Below, one piece after another: positions 22,670-33,600 of a stretch of DNA of 64,000 bases. Numbering within the stretch: the stretch's first letter is position 1; the number at the start of each line of letters is the position of its first letter. The notes beneath the pieces were generated by a model. That model searched no databases. It was given only the letters and a program-made list of their open reading frames with translations, and had not been told where the DNA came from. Made by a program: the position numbers and the translations under genes. Source of the stretch: Marsupella aquatica (Eukaryota; Plantae; Marchantiophyta); contig OZ316893.1 in assembly GCA_973895155.1 (NCBI GenBank), positions 5,656,171-5,720,170 of the forward strand. Direction: 5' to 3'.

Positions 22670-25600
22670 ATGGACCGATTCGAGGGAGCCACGAGTGTGC
22701 GATTGATGGGAGCACACAAAAAGTATCTATGGGCAGAACCGGATCACTACGGCGTTCGCCAGGAGAATGAGGATAAGAACTTGCAAGCGTTGTGGCGGGT
22801 GGAGAGGAACAAGACAGGAACTACGTTGCGGTTGAAGAGCTGCTTTGATACATATTTGACAGCTTCCGAGCAACGCTACCGTGGCGTCGGATTCCTGTCG
22901 TTCGCCGGGAAAAGAGTTACACAGATGCGGCCTGAGAATGTGGAGTCCACCAACTGCTTTGATTGGGAGCCTGTTATAGACCAAGGGCGGTTAAGGTTGA
23001 AGTCATGCTATGGCACCTATCTCCGAGCGAATTCTAACGGACCTCCATGGAATAGTCACGTGACCCACGACCTTCCTCAGCATGAGCGCCATCTTGACTG
23101 GCTCGTGTGGGAAGTCGGGAAGGTCGCCGTACCAAACATTACACCACTCGAGGTACATCTCAAGTCCATCTCTTCCTCTCACTTTCAATTGATTGGGTAC
23201 CCAGCCTGTGCTTCCAGACTTGGTAGCAAGATGACGTTTTAAAACGGCATAAGATGTCTGTCATTGGATGTGTTTCTGTACTGGACACTCGAATTGGAGT
23301 GCAACCTTAGTGTAATGGGTTCTAGTCCGAAGCTCAAGCACTTTCGTCAAAGCTCAAGCACTTTCGTCAAACAAACATCTTCTTTACTGCAATTTGAATT
23401 TTCTCTTCGTATTTCTTAGGTTTCTTAAGATTTGGCCGTAAGACAGGTGCTACAAAATGAGTGTCGGCTCTCTTCTCGTTAATAGCCCTGTCTGGAACAG
23501 AACTTCTCAGCAATTGTCTTTTCAATTCTGGCCATCGCATTGCAGGTGTCCGACGTTCAGAACATAACATTGTTGTCCACTAGTTCCATGTACTACACCA
23601 GTGTCCCTTCAACCAGCAAAAAAGCTCTGATTCTTTACTTCAGCCCAATCTCATTATCCTTGTAGGACACATGTTTCTTGAAGGCCGTGCACCTGTTTCT
23701 TCGTGAGCCTGCTGTAGCCCTCCCAGTTTAGACATATCAGTCCTCTCTTCCGATCAGTCCCCATCCCCGTTTTGTCAATGGCCTGACACCTACAACTTGG
23801 TTTGAGTAGATTCTTAACGTAACCGGGCTGACGATGCCAATTTCCCATTACAAAGTCAATTCTTGTCCTACATGCAGCTTTGCGAATTGATATGCGGATT
23901 TCGTCAGATACGATGCAATCCTTTCAGCGAAAACAACATTTACTGATGTGTGTTGTTGCCCTTCCAGCTTGTCATTGGATCAATTCATTTGGTGGAAAAT
24001 GAGCAACTACCTGCACAAGAGAAATCCAAACTCCTGGATAAGTCAGAGCGATTTCCTGTGCAAGAGAGGACTAAACACCCAGATGCTGCCACAGCCAGAC
24101 AAGCCGACGATTCAGAGAGACATCCTGAGCGAGAGAGGCTTAGCAATCAAAAGATGGTACTTAGTGGAAGAACTGATGAACCAGACGAACGTCTTTTGGG
24201 AGAGAGGCCGAAAAATTCGGGTGTGGGCAGAGTAAGAAAAGTTGAAGTGTCGGAGCGACATACTGTGCACGAGCGGGAAAGAGACCCGGTTGTGGGTACA
24301 ACTAGACGTGCTGACAAATCAGGACATGACGGGCAACAGAGAGCTCGAAAGGGTGTGGGCCCAGTCCAAACAGGGCAACAAAGGGCCAGTGATCCAGCTG
24401 TGAAAACAGTCGGAAGAACGGCCGATTCAGAAGGGCATTCGGCACAAAACGGGTCTCGAAATCCGGACTCGGGCTCAGTCAGAAACAGAAGAGCTGATGA
24501 GTCAGGGCGTCATCCCGTGCACGAAAGTGGTCCGATTGCGGTCACGATCGGAACAGCTAATGAATTAGGACATGGCATTCAAGAGATGCCTCAAAATCCG
24601 GGTGTGAGCTCAGTCCGAAGAAGGCAACATAGAACACGAGATCCAGATGTGAAAACAGCTACAAGAAGGGACGATTTAGAGGGGCATTCTGCACAAAATA
24701 CGTCTCAAAATCCGGGGGTGGGCTCCCTCAGCACCAGAAGGGCTGATGAGTCAGGACGGCATTCAGTGCACGAGAGGGGAAGAAATTCAGTTGCGGGCAC
24801 GACCGGAAGAGCTGAAGAATTCGAACATAAAGGGCCACAGAGGCCTAAATTTCCTAATGAGGAGTCAGGCACAAGTTCTGACGAGTCAGAACGACGTCCT
24901 GTGCAACAGAGGGCCAGAAGTCCAAATATAGGAACAGCGAACAGAACGGACGACTTCGAACGGCCTCCCGCACAAAAGAGGTCTCAATATCCAGGTGTAA
25001 GCATATTCAGAAGAGCTGACGAGTCACAGAGACGTCTTGAGCAAGGGGGGGATAGAAATCCGGATGTGGGCATACCGACAAGAACCGATGATCCAGAATG
25101 GCGTTCTGTGCAAAAGAGGTATGAAAAGTATCAAAATGCAGGCGTAGGCACGGCCAGAAGAGCTCCAGAGTCGGAGAGCCTTAATAACGTACAAGTGACG
25201 GCCAGAAGAGATCAAGAGTCAGACAGACGTCCTGTACAAGAGACGACCAGACGAACTCAAGAATTAGACCTACGTCCTGTACAAGAGGCCCCCAAAAGAG
25301 ATCAAGAATCAGAGAGACTTCCTCGACAAGAGACGGCCAAACGAGCTCAAGAATTAGAAAGACGGCCTGCAGTAGAGACAAGAAGAGCTCGAGCATCCGA
25401 GCGCCACCCCGTCCCTGAGACGATCAGAATTCCGGAGGTCAGCACAGCAAGAAGAACCAATGACTCGGATCGATATTCAATGCAAGCGAGGTATGAAAAT
25501 CTAGACGGGACCACGGCCAAAAGAGTTCAAAAGTCAGAGAGGCAGTCAACGCGAGAGAGATTTAAAACTCTGGATGTGGGCACAGCCAGAACCGCTGAAC

Positions 25601-25788
25601 GCCATCCCCTGCAAGAGACGGAAAGCGATCCGGATCTAGACACAGCCTTAGGAGCCGACCAGTCAGAGCCGTATCCCATATATTACCCTGAGGAAGATAG
25701 GATCAAACATTTAGTTGTAACCACCTCCAGGAGAGCTAATGAAACAACTGAATCCCATGGGAAAGCGACCTCAAGACCACATAGATAA
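22670..25788 (+). CDS. DUF569 / actin-crosslinking (fascin-like beta-trefoil) domain protein with long repetitive charged C-terminal tail; exons 22670-23152, 23968-25788; ~767 aa
   Basis: Exon 1 motifs VRLMGAHKKYLWAE, LRLKSCFDTYLTAS, GKRVTQ, DWEPV, RLKSCYGTYLRAN..PPWNSHVTHDLP are typical of plant DUF569. Donor GAG|GTAC at 23152 (phase 0) joins acceptor TTCCAG| at 23967 in frame with the 612-aa ORF. The join is inferred. Confidence 0.8.
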
Positions 25789-25812
25789 CAGAGCTTCAGT
25801 TTGTGATGGATC

Positions 25813-25976
25813 TTCAGCTAGATAGAACATGAGGCTAGATGCACCCATTTGGTAATACTCTTTTGATAGTAAGGGTTTATTACTGAGCTATGGTTTCAGC
25901 TAGATAGAACATGAGGCTAGATGCACCCATTTGGTAATACTCTTTTGATAGTAAGGGTTTATTACTGAGCTATGGT
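25813..25976. repeat. Perfect 82-bp tandem duplication in the presumed 3'UTR
   Basis: ttcagctagatagaac...actgagctatggt at 25813-25894 and 25895-25976. Confidence 0.95.
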
Positions 25977-26910
25977 CCGATCATCTCCTCTGATTATTAC
26001 TTCTAATAGGAACTTTCTACTAGTTATCTTTGATTTGATCGTACTAGTAGATGAAGATGACTAAATTCTAGTAAGTAATGATATTCATGTTAAGCCGTTT
26101 CTAGGGTACATACATCAGTCACAGAACTTCTACGAACTTGCTGACCCCTCCGATTGTGGGTGACCTTCGACCGGAAATATATCCGAGATCCGGAACAGAC
26201 TACCTTATATCCGAGATCCAGAACGAACTACCTTCTAAGTCTTATTGCGATTCAATGGTTTGGGTGGACTGGTTTGGATTGGTGCTCTAAAGCAATCACG
26301 CAACCAGATAAGTCGTCTCCGGCCAATTATTTTGAACTTAGCTGGAATCGCCGTTCTCGCAAGTTGCTGTAGAAAAGCGATCACCCGGGTCTCCAAATGT
26401 GATCGATGAGCTATGTCTGCACGGTGAACTCTGGAACTGCAACCAAATATGTACGAACCCCTTTACACTCTGCATCTTCCCACATGTTCCAGTGACAATA
26501 TCCACATGGAGACAAAAGGGCAGTCTTCCCAAGGCTTCTACGATATGTGGCGACAGACTTTGTCCGCGTGATCAATGTTCAGTGATGTTTTCTCCAGCTG
26601 CATTCTATTGTGGCGCTTCGCTACTGGGAGTGCAGAATCGCCAGTTCCAACAACGTAGCGCTAAGATTATGACTTAATACCTTTGCTATCCAAAGTGAAA
26701 ACGGAGCCTGTCATCCACGGCAGGGTTTTGCAATCGAAGCACGAAAATCTGCCCTGTCTTTCCTAATTCGACACTGGTTGCATTCCATAACGAAAGAGGA
26801 CAAATTGGACCAAAGAACCCAACCGGAGCACAAGTTAACCTTTCTTTCCGTTCTAGACACATGAGATTCGCATCCGGCTCCCTTTCCCATACAAAATCCT
26901 CAGTTCCTTC

Positions 26911-26986
26911 GACCTGTAATTTGGCTAGGACTGTGTTGGATGAACTAGATGGTACATCCAACACAGTCCTAGCCAAATTACAGGTC
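26911..26986. other. Perfect 32-bp inverted repeat, 12-nt spacer (candidate hairpin/small-RNA locus)
   Basis: gacctgtaatttggctaggactgtgttggatg (26911-26942) is the exact reverse complement of catccaacacagtcctagccaaattacaggtc (26955-26986). Confidence 0.9.
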
Positions 26987-27649
26987 AGGATGAGTACTGG
27001 TGAAAAGTGACTGACTGTTAATTCTGCCACTAGTTTACGGAATTAACATGGCTTCCTGTGGCGAGAATGGAGCAGCACAAATACCTACAGTACAAGGACT
27101 CAATCAACGACTCATCACTCCATCCTCCGCCTCTCCAGTGATGGCTGGATATCATGGAACTCACCAAACATGGGAATTACATTGGAAATTGGGTTCGGAA
27201 AACAGTAGCAATCTCGATCCATCATCGCAACTAAACATATGGTAATCAATCTAGAGCCTCTCATACTTACTCATTCCGTGCCATTTGAGCACCTCAGGAA
27301 AACTTCATAAAAAATGGAACGCTGCACTACACTGATTAACCTCACTCTGAACGATTTGTAAGGATCACTGCAACTGATCAGAACTGACAAACAATTGGCC
27401 TGGTTCTGGTTAATCAGGTCACCTGCAAGAGCTCCCCCTGTAAGAGCTTTAAAATAAGGAACTTATCACCAAGCAGACACCAAAGCTTCCAGCAATGGCT
27501 GAAATAAATTACAAAGTTTCCTAGAGAACCATATAGTTCCCATGACCAGCATATCTTCCACTCATTCATGAAGTGTATCCTTGTGCAAAGAATAGTGAGA
27601 CCAATTATCAGATGAGACGTTTACATTGTTGAAACTTTACATCGTGGCA

Positions 27650-30600
27650 TTAGTCGTCTATATGGTGAATTTCACCCATCATGATCCGGTTGCTGGTCAC
27701 ACTGAAGCCCAACAAAGAAGGATCGACCACCTTCTTGCCCTTCTTGCCTTTCTTCTTCTGAGTCAATTTCGCTCCGGAAGTGTTGTTTCCAGTGTCTGAA
27801 TCGGCATTGCCACTGTCATCCTCCTTGCTGATTTCTTTGATCGAAATGACTTTGCCCTTGATTTCAACCTTTTTCCCATTACTCTTGTGTAAGGCCTCGT
27901 CCCTGATCACGGCATCACTCACAGGGAACACTGTGCGTATGACATCAGAATTCAATGTCTCTTTGCGTCGAAGGAATTCAACCTTGAAGCTTTGCACAGC
28001 AGGGCCAGATCCAAGATAGTGGGTCAAATACTCTCCTGCTTCTGTGACCGAGGGCAGTGAGATGCAGAAGTCCACGAGTGTCATATCTGTTGCAGAACCA
28101 GTCCGAAAGAATCATCAGCACATCATACATCTTCTCAACATCAGCTACTTTCGAAAGACGTTCAAACCTTAAAGAGCGGCCAACCAAGTACTAAAGCTAT
28201 TGCCCTTAAAGATTAATGGATGTCTGGCTGTCAGTAACAATATCTAGGTTCAAGGACAATTTTAGTGACCAATGAGGATCTCAGCAGTGGATGCAGGTGT
28301 CGTCCAAACTGCCACGTCAACAAGTTAAGAGGAAACTCCATAAGATACATGGCTTTGACAACATTTTCGAGCATATTGAAACTTGTAGGCAGTGATTCCG
28401 ACTACTATACCATCAGTCCCAGTAAGCTTCTTGATCTGGGTTTCACACCATTGTCGAAACGCCTTTCCCTCGGTTGAAACCATTGCTGTGGGTTGCGCCA
28501 CTGTCAAAAGAGCTGGATCTGCCAAATTTTCCAGGAATATATTACAATAAATTTCAAAAAATTTGATAACATGGTGCAAAAACATGGTATTATGCAATAA
28601 TTCACCGAGTCAATTGGTGCAGAAATAACATCCAAAAAGAAACCATTAGAAAACACGGCAAAGTTTCATATCCACATTTAAGAGAATTTGACTTTGATCC
28701 AGACTTTGATTGGAAAACACTCGACTGAAGAGAAGAACTCTATTTCCTGCAAGACCATCCAACTGCTGTTTGATGAAACTCTCAGACTGAAAATACTCTT
28801 TCCAATGGCGAAAGATCCTCGAGAGTACCTTCACTGCCCCTCTTGCTTGTTCCCGGCTTCTTTGCTTTTGCCGGTACAGGCTTTGCAGCAGTTCCCGCAG
28901 TTGCCGATAAAGAAGGAAACTCCATAGGGCTGACGGAAGCAGCACCACCAGCCACCTGACGAAATGCAGAAGTTGGCGAAACTAATGCTGGAACTGCTGG
29001 AACAGGTTTTAGCGCTGGACCTTTGGAAGCTGGTGTCTTTGCCGTCGGCATCAACGACGGAAACTCCTGCCTGTATACACCCAACAAGATGGAGCCTCTT
29101 TAAGAATTTGTAAAGATCAGAATTAATTCAACTGCAGAAAAAAGAAAAGCAAAGCAGTTAAACCTCACCAGAAAAAGAGAATAGCCTCACGTATACTCTC
29201 CTTGTTGATGGACTGGGAAACTCTAGGGGAAATAAGATTTCCTGGTCTTACAAAAACATGCTTGCCTACAATCACTCCCATGAATTAAAACGACCGCTAT
29301 ATTTGTGCAGTACTAGTATGGCATTACCGTTCCGATTTTGTTGATTGCTTGACAGCACCTATCACTTCTTCACCGTAATCCCAAAACAAGTCATCATCGT
29401 CTTCAAAAACACCGGTTTTTGGTCGAGAATTGCTATTAATTGGCGCCAACTGTGGAGTAACTACAGGCACTGCAAAGCTGGATTGAACAGTACTAGAAGG
29501 CTGTGGAGAGAGGGGCGTAGGTCGTTGCCAGGCAGAAGCACCTAATCCACTGGTAGTTCGAGCTACAAGAGGCTTCACTGGGGCGGCAACTTGCACCACT
29601 TCTGGTCGAACCTGCCTATCCTGCTCCTCTCTTGCACGCCTTTCAGATTCTTGGATTTCTTTTAAGGATTTCGCTGACTTGGCTTGCTTCGTTGGGTCCA
29701 ATGACCAGGCAGGAAGAGGCTGAGGGGAAGAAACTTCCTCTTTCAGGTGCAGGAAATCTGCCAGTGAGGGTCCAGGAGGAGGAGCAGGTAGCACATCTTT
29801 GCTTGCATCCTGTAAAGCCAGTCGAGCACCTAAGGTCTTGGAAGAAGCAGAAGGTGAAATCTGAACTGGCTCTGGAGTGGAAGTAGGAGTCGTCTTGGTT
29901 ACAGCACCCTTGGCTTTAGAAGCACGCTTCTTATTCTTTTTCGACTCTTTGGGCTCAACAAAGTCAGAGTCATCCAACGCTGAAGAGACTTGAGGTTGGG
30001 TCACATTAGAAGCAGACACAGGCACCTGGGCAGTTGAAAGAATTGTAGGAACTTCCAAATTCTTCTTGCTTGTAGCCCTTGCAAGGACCTCTTCTGCCAG
30101 GACATCGCGCAAGTTTACCTTATCACCACCAGACGGTTGAGATGACAGAGGCCAAAGACCCTCACTCTTCCCACTGGAAGCTATACTAGAAGAAAATGTT
30201 GAAGCAGATTGGCCATGGGCTGCAGCTCTACGGGCTTCCTCTTCCTGAATCTCTCGTAGAGATTTCGGTTGAGATACAGCAGTTGATGAAGCCCAGGGGC
30301 CAAAGTTAGCAGAGGACCCTGTACTACCCAACGAAACTGCTCGCGCAGCTGCTTCTCCTGCGGCTTTCTCTTCTGCAAATCTCCTTTCTGCTTCTTCTTG
30401 TTGGATTTCCATCAACGACTTTGGTTTGGGCACAGGAGCGGGTTTCCACACTGGTGGGCTGGGCACCTGAGGCAAGTCTGCACCTGAAACAGTTTCAGGT
30501 TCTGTTTGCTGACTTGATGACCAACCCTCAGTTATCTGCTGCTGTTCAGAAGTCTTCCCTGATGGGAGAGCACTAGACACAGCTAGAGCAGGCGCTGGAT

Positions 30601-33600
30601 CCACAAAGGACTGTGATATCCTCCCTTTACTGGGCTGCTCCTGTCGCCCAAAATCGTGAGATCCCTCCCAAGGACGGCCTCGAAATACTGAAAGAGAAGG
30701 CAAGCTAGGAACATCTTTCTTCTTGTCAAGGTAAGAGTGTAATTCATCCGAGGGTTCAAATTGCCACCCGAGCCCTGCAAGGTGGGATTTTTGGGCTTCA
30801 ACATTTATTACTGTGTCATGCTGGGAACTGTGTCTACCGGATACCTTTCCTAAAGCATCTACGAGTGGCCCTGGCGCAGTTGGGGGTACTGTCCACCCTA
30901 AAGATGATGCTTCCACTTGCCTATCCAGAGGTTCTGATTGAAATCCTAACGACACAGACGCTGGCGACTCGGAAAACGAGCCACCAGTTGCCCTCTCAAG
31001 CCTTGCTTTTTGCTCTTGTAGCTGTGCCACTAACTCTGCAGCACCTCCTGTATCTTTCCTCTGAGATCCCCCCATACTTGACAAATTCCTCTCAATTCTT
31101 GCCAAAGTAGGGTCAAACAGATTAGCCGCACCTCTGACATTTGTGGCAGGCTCATATCCAAAAACTCCCTGGCTTTCGGGCTGGGGAGGACCTTGGACTT
31201 GCAGATGTTGCAAAGCGCCTAGATGGTGCTGCTGTTGTTGCTGAAGTTGGTGCGCCTGCTGTTGTTGTTGCTGCTGTTGCGGTTGCAACTTTTGAGAGTC
31301 ATATGATCTTGAAGGAGCTGGGGCTGGAGCTTGTGTACGGACAAACTGGCCAAACTCGTCCACTTCCCAGACTCCTGAAATTCGCATCTCATCACTGGGT
31401 CTTGATTGCTGTGCGAGCCCATATTGTCTGACCTACATTAATGAAGATTCACGTATCACAGAGAGTAAGTACGGAATCCAAGTCAATATTCGCGTTATCA
31501 AAGACAGTTTCCTTAAGAAGAGAATTCACATGTAGAACCAACAACAAATTCAAGGGAAACCGTTCGATTCAATTTAGGCTGACCGGAAGAAATCAGATCA
31601 TCTCTCCACACATTAATCAAATCTGACACTAATAGATGGGATTGCCCGGACAGTTTCAAGCTATTCAAATTAAAACCCAGAAACGATTTAAGCATGCGAG
31701 GAGCACAGGAAGACGACAGCATGTAACAGGCACCTGCTGCTGCTGTTCTTGTAAGCGCTGTTCTTGTTGGCGCTGTCGAAGAAGCTGCTCAATCGCTGGT
31801 CCAGATTGATGCCTTGACTGGAAAAACTGCTCTAACCCTGAACCGCGAGGACCCAGAGAGTGTTGTGGAGGTTGAGGCAAATCATGAGCCGATCTCATAA
31901 GGAGTTGATCAGCGAGTCCACTAATAGGACCAACTGGTGGTGCCTGTCGATGCACATGATCGAACGACGTTTGCTGATGCTGCCTAAGCAACTGCTCGAG
32001 CAAAACCTGAGGTGGTAGTTGCTGCTGCTGTTGTTGCTGTATTCTCAAAAGTTGATCCAAAACAGGGCCACCAGATGGCATGGGTAAAGGATTTTGCTGA
32101 GCTTGCTGTTGTTGATGTTGCTGCTGGAGAATATTCAACTGGAGATCACGTGAAAGACCTGGACGAACAAGCTGCTCAAGAGCAGGTCCACCAGAAGGAA
32201 GCTGCTGCTGATGAGAGAGGACTTGAGGAGCAGCTTGTGGAAGCGAACGTTGAAGGGATGGATGTCCTGAAGGCTGCATAATACCAAAACGTTGCAGATG
32301 TTGCATCTCAAGTTGATGAAGATGTGCTGGATCCATACCACCATGAGGAATATTGCGGTGAGGAGAAGGGACATCCGTTGAAAGATTGCGCATAAGCTCA
32401 GGCCAGCCTCGATCAGGCTGTGTTCCCGGTGCTACATGGCTGTTGGCATTCACTCCTTGCACCATTGGTAGCAGGTCTGGCCTGGCACCTGGCAGGTGGC
32501 TCCCAGGTGCAGAAACCCTGTAGGGCAAGGGACCAGGAGTCGAAACTGGAGCCTCAAAACTTGCAGACACTGGAGGCTCTCCCTCTTGTCCTGACCATTG
32601 CTGGGCAAAGAGACTTGGTGAAGACCGTTTAGCAGAATCTACGTCCTCGGATTCTACCCGAGGAAAAGCGGACATCCTTCGCCGAAGTGAGTATGTCCTA
32701 TCAAGGCCTGGTCCATCCCCATGACCAAACAACCTTTCAATCGGAGTATCTGTTGAGAGACTCACAGGTGAGAAAGGGACTCGAAACAGTTTACAAAACC
32801 AAATCGAAGACTAATCCTCAGTACCAACATTGACTAACTAGTGGGTTGAAATAGATGCAACTGTGGACTGCGAGGTCAACAAAGACAAAATTGAAGCAAA
32901 GTGACACCACAGCTCTTACTGAACACGTTCTGTACCTTGTTGTGAATCGACCAAAGTCTCCCGAAGCGGATCTTCCACACTGGGCCCCATGTCATTACTT
33001 GGGGGAGTCTTATCAGTAGCAATTGAAACGTTGCCAAGAGATGCTGTTCGTCTATCCTTTGTATCGACCGCACCACTTTCTGTTCCGGATGACACTAGGC
33101 TAGCATGTCGCGACAGATTTACTGATCCGGTGTCTACTTCGAACCTGGTCAAAGACTCCGTTTGCTCTTCAACTTGCTTGAGGGCATCAAATCCCGGTGG
33201 AACTCGTGCCTTCGGCTTCAAGTGAGGCATCACATTTCCCAGGGAATTGAAAGGAGCACCCTCTGGAGCATTAACAAGCCGCACAGGAAGATCTAATCCA
33301 AAGAATCCGGCTTCAAACCATCCAATGATATCCAAACCCATGAATGGTCCCTGGACTTCACCTTGTGGATCGGTATAAAACAGTGATAACTCCTCTGGAG
33401 GGACAGAGCGAGGCGTTGATTTTGCACTCTCTCTGTCAAAGCCATCAGAATGGGCACCTCCTCCGGCATCGGTTCCGAAGGATAAGGCACTCACAAGAGA
33501 GGACAGTTGCTCCTCATCCTTCTCATAATCTTGCCTGTTATGAAATGCGCCATGCTCTCCCTGCCAGGGCCTTTCTTCCTGATTAGGACGAGGAGACTCG

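Noticed and set aside
26966-26986. miR169 resemblance (tagccaa) in the hairpin arm
   Set aside because: Only 7 nt match; the rest differs
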